A stretch of DNA of 64,000 nt, taken from positions 59,408,464 to 59,472,463 of the forward strand of contig NC_043011.1 in NCBI RefSeq assembly GCF_006345805.1, in the 5' to 3' direction. Positions 11,926-24,578 of the stretch are shown here, piece after piece (positions within the stretch are counted from its first letter, which is position 1; each line of letters starts with the position of its first letter). The position numbers and the translations under genes are program-made. The notes beneath the pieces are model-generated. The model searched no databases. It worked only from the letters and a program-made list of their open reading frames with translations, and was not told the DNA's origin. Origin of the DNA: Octopus sinensis (taxonomy: Eukaryota).

Positions 11926-13318
11926 TCAGGTTATCCTATGGGTAATGTCCGGATTTTAAATAGGTGCAGGCGTGGTTATGTGGTAAGTAACTTGCTTACC
12001 AACCACATGGTTCAAGGTTCAGTCCCATTGCGTGGCACCTTGGGGAAGTGTCTTCTACTATATCCCCGGGCCGACCAAAGCATTATGAGAGAATTTGGTA
12101 GAAAGAAACCATCGTTTTTTTTGTGTGTTTACATCCCCGTAACTTATCGGTTCGGCAAAAGAGACTGCTAGAAAAAATACTACGCTTACAAAGAATAAAT
12201 CCTGGAGTCGATTTGCTCGAGCAAAGGGGGCGCTGCAGCATGGCCGCAGTCAAATGACTGAAACAAGTAAAAGTAAGCAAAAGAGAGAAAAACAAGTGAT
12301 CAAATCTTACATTTTAATGAAGCTTAATCGTCAATAAGGTTTCCATGGTTATCTATGACATCTTTCCATCTACCCGTCAATGTTTTAATCCCATTATTTA
12401 AAAACTCTTTCAGTTTTGAAAAGAACCCTGAAAGGTCAGTTTGGACTTCCTCAGTTGTTTCTAGAAGTAATCCATCCAAAATGATTCTGTAAATTATGGA
12501 ACAGATGGTAATATGAAAGAACAAGGTCTGGAAAATAAGGCTGATGAGCAATTTTCTCCTAGCCAAGTCTCTTGATATTCTAGGACGTGATCTTTGCAGT
12601 GTGGCGTCTTGCATTGTCTAAGGGAAACGCTGCTCCCATTCTATTCACTAAAGCAGACCTTTTTTATTTCTCAAAGCAGCGGTCAAACGCGCTAAATGCT
12701 GACAGCAGATTTGGGCATTGATTGTTGCATTAGCTGGTAGCAACTCAAAGTGGATGACTCCTTTGCAATCCCACCTGAGAGAAGAAGCTTTTTCACATGG
12801 TGTTCCTTCTTAGGGTGCGGTTGGGCTTTTCCTCCTTCACCAAACTGTTGAAGATGGTGCTGGACAGTAGGATAACTTGAACGAATCTTTACCAGTTCTT
12901 CAACTGAAACCACAGGGACTTTTTCAAGTTATTCCAAAAGGAACTTGTCATCAAACTCAAGTGAACGTCCCTCATCATCAAGGCTGAAATCTCCACTTCT
13001 GACTTTTACAAAACCTTATTTCATTCAGGCACCCTTCTTCATAAATTGAGTGAATATTTCCAGTCACTGCAGCTGCAGAGTACCCTTTTTTAAAACTCAT
13101 AAGGCATTAGGTAGCTCAAATGCTCCTTAGACACTTCCAAGTTTGAAAAGGTGTAATTAGAGAAATTTCCATTAGATTTACCTGCAAAATAAAATTTACT
13201 TAGTAATATCCTGATATACACAAACATCACTTGATGCCATTAGACAATCTAAAATACGGTTAAAGCGTTTACAAATTAAAAATATAGAAGTCCAAACGTT
13301 ACTTATAGGATGACCTGA
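11926..13318 (-). mobile_element. Mariner transposon with both TIRs and TA target duplication, internally deleted, with a nested SINE
   Basis: Left TA|TCAGGTTATCCTATGGGTAATGTCCGG and right CCAAACGTTACTTATAGGATGACCTGA|TA form imperfect TIRs. Transposase remnants include KEHL...YEFKKG at the N-terminus, LDNARRH (HDNARPH-like) and ...FFSK..EF.NNGI..L..RWKDVIDNHGN. Confidence 0.9.
11963..12290 (+). mobile_element. SINE family A inserted just inside the mariner TIR
   Basis: Full head-to-tail match to the family A copies at 25396 and 54610. Confidence 0.85.
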
Positions 13319-14159
13319 TAATAAATAAGTAACCAGGCACCTGAAATCCCACCTTATCATCTTAAAATAAATGAAGTTCCTATCACTTACGACTGACCTT
13401 GGTCGAAACCTTAACAAGTACCTCGACAGTAACTACGAGATTGAACTTTCTGCACAGACTTTCCTCCACTAATTTGACCCAACTGTTGAAGCTGTTAGTG
13501 TTCAGCTCCAATTTAGGCTTAATTGAACAGATATTTGAGCAAACGTATTCCAATCATGACTATCCTGTCTTTATCTGGAGTATTTTAATTTTCTAAGACT
13601 TTATGATGTAATATGAAGGAATTTCACTTATATTACTAATGCATTGACAGACTCCGTGGAGGCTACCTGAACAGTTCATCGTCCGCTACAGATTTCATTA
13701 TTTCTAGTAATGTTGTTGTGTAAAGTAATTTAAAAAAATTAAATGTGGCTTCTTTGTTTGTGTAAAGAAGTGTTGTTAGCGAATCTACGTTTTCAATAAA
13801 TAAAATCATTGATTCACGTGAAGATAACGTCACTTGATTCTATTATATTTACTGGGAGAAAGAAAACACAAGCGACAACAACAACAATAACAACAATCAC
13901 ACCTACAAAAACAACAACGATAATAAAAAATATTTGCTGCTTACTGTGCAAGAGAAATATAAATCAATGAATCGATAACCAGTAAATATGTTATTATAAG
14001 CAATTGTGTAAAATAAATTATTATGAGACAATTTAACTTAGAAAAGAATGTAGAAAGAAAACAAAGCCTCGTTGTTTCTAAAGTAGAGTTCCCTGGCAAA
14101 TCTTCTGTTGCAAAATAAACTTGGAAGAAAATTAAGAAAGCTGAATAATGCTTATAATA

Positions 14160-14183
14160 TATATACACACATATATATATATA

Positions 14184-14234
<51 letters not shown>

Positions 14235-14258
14235 ATACATACATACATGCATACATAC

Positions 14259-14317
<59 letters not shown>

Positions 14318-14484
14318 TATGTGTGTATATATTATATACATACAAGCATACATACATATATATATATATACATATATATATGTATATATATCTATATATA
14401 TGTGTGTGTGTATATATATATATACATACAAGCATACATATATATATATATATATATGTGTAGATATATATATAAATATATATA

Positions 14485-14510
<26 letters not shown>
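14160..14510. repeat. Compound (TA)/(CA)/(TG) microsatellite
   Basis: Direct reading. Confidence 0.95.
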
Positions 14511-14516
<6 letters not shown>

Positions 14517-15206
14517 TTGTTTCATAATATTGTTTTTTTTTATTTTTATTTTTCAGGAGAGTAAATGAATGGAAAAGTAATATCGTTTTTATGACCTAAT
14601 GAAATGCTTAAATCTTTTAGTAGTAGACTCTCGGTAATTCAAATAAACACCTAATGGTGTATATATATATATTTTCTTATTATTCCTGAAGAGCTACCGA
14701 TATCAATAAGATAAGTGAAACAGCAGAATAGAGCATAAGAAAAAGATTTTGTTGTTTTTTTTTCATTTTTTCTAGACTACGAACAATGGTTTTTGGTTGG
14801 AACAATGGTTCGCTGGTAGATTATGCGATCTACAGTGTCTAATACCCCGATTAACAATTGAAAATCTGTAACAATATAGCTATGACTAATATGTGTGTGT
14901 CTGTGTGTTCTGTGAGTGTTTGAGTATCGTAGGGAGTGAAGGCATGGTGAAGTGGTTACTATGAAACCTCGGGGAGTAGGGACACAAGATCGATGATGAG
15001 CAAAGGGACAACTGAATTGGAGGCGTGCGAGTGGTGCTACCACTAGAACAATAGGGTTGTAGGAACAGAGGCCCTATGAGAGGGTGGCAAAAAAAGCTAG
15101 AATGATGAATGGGCCTACCTGAGAACAAAAGGTTTGCGTATGTTGGCGAGAGACCAAATAGTAATCAGTTGATTATCTTTTGAATAAAAGTAATCTACGA
15201 TATCTA

Positions 15207-15408
15207 CGAGGGGTTGCTGAAAAGCTCCCGCCTTTAAGGGTTTCGCGAAAAGCTTGGTTGGAGTGTGAGCCTTCTGAGTTCTTTTACAGTGCTTAGGAAA
15301 ACTGAAGGGCCGCTGCAGTAATTGTGTGAGTTTGTGAGCGGAATATGTTGAATAAAATCATATTTAACTAATCTTACCCAAATCCAAGAATTTTTCAGTA
15401 CCATCTCG
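15207..15408. mobile_element. 202-bp mariner-type MITE
   Basis: TA|CGAGGGTTGCTGAAAAG ... TTTTTCAGTACCATCTCG|TA gives imperfect TIRs with a TA duplication. No coding capacity. Confidence 0.75.
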
Positions 15409-15538
15409 TATAATCATCTATATATAATATATATAATCATCTCGTATAATCATCTGTATATGTCTATTGTAGTGTCTTCTAGCACCAGGTTGTTGTTGTT
15501 GTTCGCGGTGGTGGAGGTGTTGCTGCTATATATATATA

Positions 15539-15580
<42 letters not shown>

Positions 15581-16740
15581 GAACATCTATACATTTATAC
15601 ATATACGCGCACACACACGAACACTGATAGATAATATAAGAATTGATATGTGTACGCATTTATGCATGCATATACATATTATCAGCATATTCGTCAATGA
15701 CAGATCGATCGATCAATTGAAAGATAGGTAGATAGATAGATAGATAGATAGATAATCTGTCGCTACACATTCGTGAGGCAAAATGTGAATTTGTGTTCAC
15801 GTGTCTATGCATTTGTGAATAAAAGAGTAGCAAAATGTGTGTGTGTATGCAACGTATGACTGTAGTGAGTTTATATATGTCAGGATGTTTTGTGTGTATG
15901 CATGTATCCATGAATGTATGTATGGGTATATGTGTGTATGCATGCATGCATGTATGTATGTCTGAGTGAGTCTATGCGCGCGCGTGTGTGTGTGTATATC
16001 TAAAAGTGTACTGCTATGTGCTTGAAGCATTGTAATTCGTAAATGCTATAAATATGTTTAAGAAGACCTCTAGGCAATACAGGTGAGAATTTTGTCAAAA
16101 TATCTAAGGTGATGTCGATAAAGAAAAACAAAGAGAAGATATTCAACATTGTTTAATATCTCTGTTATATTTGGAGATAATGGCCAAATATTTTGTTCGC
16201 ACTGTTAGATGGTTATCTAATATTTGCTAAAGGAAACTTTTCCCGAAATACGTTGAAAGCATTAAGCAACCTATGTAAGGTGACACAATATCTCGTTTTT
16301 TCTTCCTTTCTTAGAGTTGTTGTGCATATTTTGTCCAAAAGCGCATCAACATAGCTTAAAGGCCTTCATTAAGATATGTATCTAGTTGTTTACTTATAAC
16401 TCACCGTAGTATATTATATATAATGGTATTTGTTACGTAGAGAAGCACATGCCACTGCAATAAAGATTTTGTTTAGATAGCGTGTTTGTACTGACCTCGG
16501 GTTGAAAAATCGCTGTAGAGTCCGCTCGAACGGACAGCCATGTTGAAGTGGCTACGAATATTACTTGTCAGTACAACTACCGCTTTGATCTCTTAGAGAG
16601 ATCTTAGAAGTAGCGCTTTTGCTTATGTATGTATTACTCCTTTTTGGTAACAGAGTAAACTAGATCAACATACATATATGCATAACATATATTGTTGGAG
16701 TGGCTTCTGCATCGAGCATCACCGCCATTCTCCATGTCAG

Positions 16741-16937
16741 TACCTATTTCTTTACTACCCACAAGGGGCTAAGCACAGAGAAACAGAGAAGAAAAACAAG
16801 GACAGACAAACGGATTAAGTCGATTACTTACGGATTAAGTACGTAACTGGTACTTAATTTATCGACCCCGAAAGGATGAAAGGCAAAGTCGACCTCGGCG
16901 GAATTTGAACTAAGAACGTAACGGCACACGAAATACG
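16741..16937 (-). mobile_element. SINE family D, 5'-truncated, tail type 1
   Basis: Reverse complement of GTATTTCGTG.GCCGTTACGTTC...GAGGTCGACTTTGCCTTTCATCCTTTCGGGGTCGATAAATTAAGTACCAG...AAAGAAATAGGTA. Confidence 0.85.
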
Positions 16938-17274
16938 GCAGATGATAAACGTTTCTGCCAGTACCATCGGAGTCAACACCGCGGGGGCGCGGCTGAGCAC
17001 ATCGTTTCTTCTGGAGCGTGTGGCTCATTGCCCTCCCCCACAAAAAAAAATTGCTACCTGCCCCCCCATTTCTTCTTTTTCATTGTTTCTTTTTCTGTTT
17101 ATTTGTAATTTAATTTTATAATTCAATAAAGCATGTATATACAATGAGTTTTGTTACACTGCGGTTTGAAACACTGGAAGGAATTATTAGGAAACTATGA
17201 AAAGAACGTGAAAACTAAAAGGCAGATGTACTTTCATTAAGTGTCCAGAACGAAAGCCGTATGGCAAATATGTA

Positions 17275-17656
17275 TGCGTGAGTAATTATGTGGTTAGAAG
17301 CATGCTTCCCAACTACATGGTTCTAGGTTCAGTCCCACCTCGCCTCACGTTGCACAAGTGTCTTCTACTATAACCTCGTGCCGACCAAACCTTTATGAGT
17401 GGATTTGGTACACGGAGACGGAAAGAAGATCGTCGTATATGTGTGTATGTGTGTTAATTGTGTCTGTGCTTGACAACCGGTGTATACACGTCCCCGAAAC
17501 TTAGCGGTTCGGCAGAAGACACTGATAGAATAAGTACTAGGTACTAAATAATTAAGTCTCGGGAGCGATTTGTTCGACGAAACCATTTCAGGGCGGTGCT
17601 CCAACAGGGCTGCAGTCTAATGACTGAAACAAGTAAAAAAATAAAAGAGTAAAAGA
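17275..17656 (+). mobile_element. SINE family A (diverged)
   Basis: Box B GGTTCAGTCCC, GCCGACCAAA.CTT..GAGTGGATTTGGTA and TGACTGAAACAAGTAAAA tail. Confidence 0.8.
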
Positions 17657-18042
17657 ACATTTGTGGTGAGAATGTTCGCGTTTGTGTGTGTGCGTGTATA
17701 TATGTATAATATGTATACGTATGTATACATGTGAATACCACTTACGCCCATATGTATGAGTTTCGCTGAAGATGTTTCAGCCGAAGGCATTTGTTTCATG
17801 TGTAGCACTCAATACATAAAACGAGTGTCGAATTGTATATTATTTAAAAGGTTCCTCTTCGAAAGTTTAAACTTTCTATTCCCTTACATACCTCTATGAT
17901 TATTTGCCTTGAATAAACTTCCCTTTTGTTATCGCGTCGTGAAAACCCTTGTGTTATAAATTCTTTTTTCGAATTCGCTGTATTATTTTTCCTTTATGGC
18001 GGTGGTTACACCAATCCAGGTTTCCGATGTCTCTAAATAAAA

Positions 18043-19252
18043 CAGGTTGCTTAACATATTTGAGGACAGATTTGATGTTTATAAAAAAAATAACAGATAT
18101 ATATAATAACAGATAATAACTTTAATTATCAAAAAATGCTATGAGGATAAAAATAACCCTTCTTTTCTATAATGTTATTCAATAAAACCACCTTCAGCTT
18201 CAACAACTGCTTCTATATGAGATATAAATCATCTACATGTTCGAATCAAATGGTCCTGGATCATTTTGGACATTACTCTGACTACGGCAGCTTTCAAAGA
18301 ATCTTTGGTGTTATGGGCATATTTATTGACCGCTCCCTCTCAATAACGCTCCACTTGTAATAGTCGAATGGATTAAGCTCTGGGGAATTAAGAGTCCAAA
18401 TGTTAGGGGTTATGGGATCATGAAAATTTTCACACATCCATTTCTGTGTTACAAGAGCCTTGAGTGATAGTGCAGAGTCTTACTGAAACCCAGGGATTGA
18501 CAATTGTTTCCAGGACATCAATGTAGGCGGCAGAGTTAACTCTAAGGCCTTGTGGGAAGAAGTAAGGAGGCATCATATGTCCTTCATTCCTGACAACTCT
18601 TAAAACCTTGACAATTGCAGGAAATTTTGAATGCATAACACTTGGAACTTCAGAAGGGTCAGCACCTAACCATCTGTCATTTTATTTGTTAATTTCTTGA
18701 TTTTGGTGAAAGTTTTTCGCGTTTGAGAAGAACCAAATCAAATTTTCTTCTGCTGGATTTTTCAGTTTGTTTAAGAACATTTTAGATCTGATATACTTAT
18801 TTTCTTTTGCTTTTTCTGTCAAATTGATCTTTTCTCTGTGGACAACATTTCTGGCTGTTCCTTCTGACGCATGGAAATCTTTTGCAATTTGACCTCATGG
18901 ACTTTCTGGGATTGTAATCAATGGTCTTTTGAACTTGTTGGATAAATTCAAGTGTTCTGATGATTTCAGAGAGTTTAGAATGCTTTTTATGCGTTGATAC
19001 TGGTGATACGTTTCCATCTTCAGTCTCTCGCTCCTTACAAACTTTGTACACGAAAGATCTGGCAACTTTTAAAAATCGAGATATTTCTAAATCACTCCGC
19101 TCAGCCTTTATAACCACAATAACAGCATGTCTCTTCATTTTTTTGAGTAAGCTGAGGGTCTGCCATTATTATTTTTCTAAAACAAAGATTATACAGAGTT
19201 AGTAAAAGATTGACCCCAGAAATGTATGTCCTCGAATATCTCACGCACCCTG
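18043..19252 (-). mobile_element. Tc1/mariner DD37D (maT/mori-type) transposon, near full length, inactivated
   Basis: TIRs CAGGTTGCTTAACATATTTGAGGACA (18043) and the reverse complement CAGGGTGCGTGAGATATTCGAGGACA (ending 19252, then TA). Transposase motifs include KFPA.V.V..VV.NEG..MPP.FFPQGLRVN. I count 37 residues between D of Q*DSA and D of NPFDY. Stops and frameshifts are present. Confidence 0.9.
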
Positions 19253-19389
19253 TATATGTTAATATATGTTAATAATATTTTCCCGTCGTGAATTTATCTA
19301 TTTGTTCATTGGTTTTTATCTTTCCCTAGGCATTCACTTTCAGAATACTAGGCTGCCAGCTTTAGCCAAATAAACCGAATCCAGGATGT

Positions 19390-19500
19390 TTTTAAAGTCT
19401 ATTAATTATTCTATCGGTATATTTTGTGAAACCACTAAATTCAGTGACGTTATTAAACCAGCACCGGTTTTGAAACTGTGGTGCTGAGACACGCGCACAC
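19390..19500 (-). mobile_element. SINE family A 3' fragment, diverged
   Basis: TTATTCTATCGGT...GAAACC.CTAA.TT...GACGT...CCAGCA.CGGTT is the reverse complement of the family A 3' half. Confidence 0.55.
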
Positions 19501-19879
19501 ATACTTACTCACATGTACACACACGCACATGCACAGACACACACGTATACACACACACACACATATGTTTTCTTTTAAATTTTTAAATGCCTACAACCTT
19601 AGTATGTTGACATCTATAGGCAATGAAAATTAGATTCACTTCTGACCATAGGCTGAAACAGCTGTAAGAAGTAATTTTAGGATTTCAATACTTTATACTA
19701 TGACTTTTAAAATCTGTATTTGTATTATTATCTTATCTATTGATTTATATAAAATTTTTGTATGCTTTTGATGTTCTCATTTGTAAAATGAATAAATAAT
19801 CCAACATTGTAATATCCGTAAGTTGATGAACAAACCAAATTTGTTTCTCCATTTTCTTATTTGTATTATACATGCATAC

Positions 19880-19915
<36 letters not shown>

Positions 19916-20040
19916 GCTAATATAGTACCGAACAGTAACAATGAGTGCACAACAACGCATTGGTAAAGAAATATACATTATTTGTGGATAAACAAGGCAA
20001 CCAATGGTTTCATGTAGGAGATCTTTACAGTTGTTCAAGC

Positions 20041-20328
20041 ACGTTGCCCAAATGTTAAGGCTTACTGTACTCCTGATAGTGAGAATGTGGTTTTGATTCT
20101 CAGACCGGTTGAGCGTTGTGTTCTTGGGTAAAACACTTCATTTCACGTTTCTCCAAGCCATTCAGCTTCAAGAAGTCACCCTGCGATGGACCAGCCCCCG
20201 ATGAGGAGGCATGTTGGCCTGCTTGATAAGCCAGCATGTTGGCGTCCTTTGAAAGCTAAAAGGATGCGAAGTGAATTGTAACTAGCGATGTATAACAACA
20301 TCAGATAGTCTTGTCGCTACCGTGATAC
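20041..20328 (+). mobile_element. SINE family C (CORE- and V-domain-like), diverged
   Basis: GTTGTGTTCTTGGGTAAAACACTT (CORE-like) followed by CCCTGCGATGGACCAGC (V-domain-like) and a GATAG.CT.GTCG tail. Confidence 0.55.
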
Positions 20329-21218
20329 TGCGGCATACGTACGTACATATATACATACGTACATACTTCGGGTTCCTACACAGCTTCTGTCCACGAAATT
20401 AAGTCACAATTTTTATAAACCACTTGCTGAATTAGCACTCAGTGTGTCAGTGTGCAAGTATAGGGTGCTTCCCGGTAGCAGATAGAACTCTCTTAACCAC
20501 AGAGCCATTGTTTCTTGTTCATATGTTTCCTATTTCATGTTTGGTCGGAAAGTTTAATCCTAGGAGTTACTTTTATTTAAAATTATTACAAGATTGTCCA
20601 AGAACATCTATTTGTTTAGTTCTTTTTACTTACGGTAGAAGATTCGTCCACGCTACTTTTCTAAACGTATTTACACAACACATGTTTGTTTCATGTGTAA
20701 ACAATTTGAAGTTTGCCTCAAAACTTGAAAATAGAAATAACTATAACAAATATTTCAATATTTAATTACACATATTTGTATTGCTATTTCGTGAAACATT
20801 TATAGTAACATAAAGCGGAATATAATAACAGAAAATTTTAGTTAGTTTGGAACCATTTTTTATGAAAGACCTTTATATTTTCCTAAATTCAACTATGCGT
20901 ATACCATGTATAAATTTATGATCAGATATATTATACATATATAAGCAGGACCTATGTTCTAAGCGAAGACTTTATGCAAACATATATTTAAGTTTTATTC
21001 CTATAATCTTTTAACCTGATTTAACTATATGCGATTATAGTTTATGCTATAGCAGCTATAAAATACTATATTTAACTGGAAGCATATCCTAGTATCTTGA
21101 GATAATATTTACATAGTTGTGTCTTACAATGTGTATATCAGTAATACACGCTACGCGCTGATATCAGAGTTTACCTACGTTAGTATTCAAACATTAACAT
21201 ATATGTATGTGTGTATAC

Positions 21219-21306
<88 letters not shown>

Positions 21307-21493
21307 ATATATATATATTTCAAAATTCTGAAGATTATTTAACTTCTCTCAAAACAAAACTTCTTGCAGCTTGTTTTGTAACTTCTGAAATAAAATTTCT
21401 TAAACCCTGTCAGCAAACGAATTCAGTCCTTTTTTTTATGATACAGTCACCTTAATCTTATGACTAAAACTTCTGTATCATATTTACATACAT

Positions 21494-21528
<35 letters not shown>

Positions 21529-22629
21529 GTAATATGCATACATGCATAAATCTATACATTTATGCATTTGTACGTGTTCTGGTACACATAGATTTTTTTA
21601 GTGCTATTCTTGTTTCATCTCCTTTCATATTTGTTGAGAAGCCATATTCTGAAAATTGTAGTCTTCATGCTTTAATGTTAGATTTATTTTATTTCGTTAT
21701 TTTCCATTTATTCTACGAAATTTTTCCTCATCGCAATAAAACATTGTATTAAGTATAAAATCTGTGTATTAGATATAGAATCTTGCAAATTCATACCAGC
21801 TACACGTCCATTCTGAAATCATTATGCTACGGTCGTTTATCCGCCGCATGCTCTCTTATTAAGTAGGAATTGTAACGCGTGCGTCCACGCACCCATCTAT
21901 CGACCTACCATGCAGATATACACATTTTGGCAAATACTAAATATGAGAGACACTCGGTTATGCATCGACCTGATTCAGAACTTAGAAGATGCGTAATAAA
22001 GGATAACAAAGGAGATTAAAGGTGTACCTGTCTGTGCAGATATAAAAGAGCAAGAAATTCCATTAGCTTGTCAGGCTTTTTAAGTAGAATGGCAGCCGTA
22101 GACGTCCTTGCTTCACTCTCCGCGATGATGCTTCGAATCTTCTGTTTACCATTGTAACTATTCTTGCCGTAGAAGTGATGATGGGAATACAACTTAGAAT
22201 TTGGTAACTGTGCAAAATCAGTTATAGTGTGTTGCCGGGTCATAGTGCTAGTGCATGCATAGTGCTAGTGCATGCATATACAGCTGGGTGCGTGCGCACA
22301 TACACGCGAGTACTGTCCAAATCTCCGACTAATCACATACCGCTAGCTGGCATTCAATTGGCGTATCAAGTTTCCGGTATTTTCATTGCGTTTTGGATAG
22401 AAAATTCACAAAAAGTCACTTCTATTGATTTGTTAATGGCTTTGTGGGGTTACTGGGGAGATGTAAAGATGTGCACGACCACTCTTGGACGGTTCTAAAT
22501 GACCATAAAAAGTGCGAGTCCTCTAACTAAATAATTGGCCATTTGTATAAAGGACACACACACAGACAGGCATTTTGCCGTCTATATATAGAGAGATTTT
22601 TTACTTAATGTGCTTGTATTTTTTTCCAG

Positions 22630-22874
22630 TTTTCTACTGATTTACAATCGATTCATTGATGACCCAGCTTATGAGAAGATTGTATCGCATCATCAGAGCT
22701 GCAACTTACATTGTCAAGACACAACTCTTCATACAAATTCAATCATGCGCATGTAATGACCTACTCAACACCGGGACAGTTTATCCAAGCCAAACGGTGC
22801 ATCTCTGTATAACAAATAACTATTTCGTTATCTTACAGTTGAGGTTTTCCTATGCAATCTCATCCTCAAATAAA
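22630..22874 (+). other. Candidate terminal exon of an unidentified gene
   Basis: Branch-like CTTAAT (22604-9), polypyrimidine tract and CAG (22627-9), 41 open codons (FLLIYNRFIDDPAYEKIVSHHQSCNLHCQDTTLHTNSIMRM*, stop 22754-6) and AATAAA at 22869-74. No homology recognised. Confidence 0.25.
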
Positions 22875-24112
22875 CATACACACCATATTCCTTTTTAATT
22901 CATAATCTCAACTAGTTATACACGTTATTACGCTCCACGTCAATCCCGATTTACTAAATCTTGGATCGGATATCTTCCAGTATGCCAATCCTATATCTTT
23001 TGTATAATATAGTGTATGTAGATCTACATATTCACTAGTATTCTTTTTTTTCGGAAAAATTTCGAGTGCGCTGAGGGTAATATAGTTGCTATATTTATCA
23101 GATTGAGTGCCATGGTCGAGCTTCCTCGCTAACGCACGACGACTAAGCGGATACCAGTTGAATGAATAAACCTATCTTTATATGACATGTGTTTAGTTAT
23201 GATGGTGGGGTACTCAGTCTAGAGATTGATTTTTACTGAAAATAGAATGATTCCTAAATCACTTCAGGTCATCGAATGAAAGATCGACATGAAATTGCGC
23301 TGCAGTAACACTTTCAGGTTAGATGTTGAAACAAAATACGTCTACAATTGATTTTCAACGAATAGCTACTATAGTTTCTCTTCAATGTCAGTGGATCTAA
23401 AGTCACACAGAACACAACTGTTGTGGACTGGTCAAATCGTTAGGACAGCACGCAAAATGGTTTTATGTTCTAAATTTAACTTCGTTTCCATCTTTTGTTT
23501 CCATCTTTCTGAAATCGATGACCACAAGTGCCACCTAAGTATTATGTTCCATTCATTAGCCTTCTACAGGTGTCTCCCGAACTTTCTCAACAATGAGACT
23601 ACAGCTGAAAATCCCGAATAAATTGCTCTTAGTGTTCCTTAATTTTCAAGTTGAATTGATTGTACAAACTTCCAATGAAGAACGAATTCATGTGTACAGC
23701 AATGACTCAAGATTTTTTCGCATTGAAAAAAAAACAAAAAACAATAATGAGCCAATTCAACAGAAATATTATATCTAACATGATACGTGGCACGTCTGTC
23801 ATTGACAGAAGAACACGAACGTTAGATTATTATTTCATAATTAAGTACAGTGAGTAATGATCCATATTTGTCGTTCTATGAAACCAGATTGAAGGAGATT
23901 AAGTTCCAAGTTTTTCTAGCCATGAATATATTTTCCAGCCATATTTTACATTAGGCAACATTATTTAGTGTCTACATTTTTAGGAAAGAAATAAACGATA
24001 GTGTTACCATTCAGGTCAATTTACCTGCTGTGTTCCTCTTATCAACAAGGCAACATTATCAAATATATTATTTCAAAGGAAACCTAAAAGGCTTAGATTG
24101 AGCGAAATTTAC

Positions 24113-24173
<61 letters not shown>

Positions 24174-24412
24174 TCAAATGACAGCATTCACTGGTTTATC
24201 TAGATGATGTCTTCAGGGAATTAAAAGCCTATTTGCGTGTTTATTTCTAACCTTGTCTTTTCTTTCAATTTCCCTTAATGAATGTTATTTAAAAAGTGCA
24301 TATTCAATTAACTTAGTATCCGATCATAATTTCACTTTATAAATCCGAAAAAGGTAAATTTCTAAGCACCACTAGGGCCTCCAAGTAATTAATATGGACT
24401 CTAAGACATTAA

Positions 24413-24578
24413 TTATTCCTTTACTTCCCACAAGGGGCAACACACTGAGGGGACAAACAAGGACAGACACACGGATTAAGTCGATTACATCGACCCCAGT
24501 GCGTAACTGGTACTTAATTTATCGACCCCGACAGGATGAAAGGCAAAGTCTACCTCGGCGGAACTTGAACTCAGAACT
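24413..24578 (-). mobile_element. SINE family D, 5'-truncated, tail type 1
   Basis: Reverse complement matches family D from GTTCTGAGTTCAAG onward. Confidence 0.85.

Noticed and set aside
22016-22243. 75-aa minus-strand ORF ending near a CAG|GTACAC donor-like site
   Set aside because: No homology recognised, a weak donor, and the start lies in a small tandem duplication. Covered only as part of the unique-sequence island.
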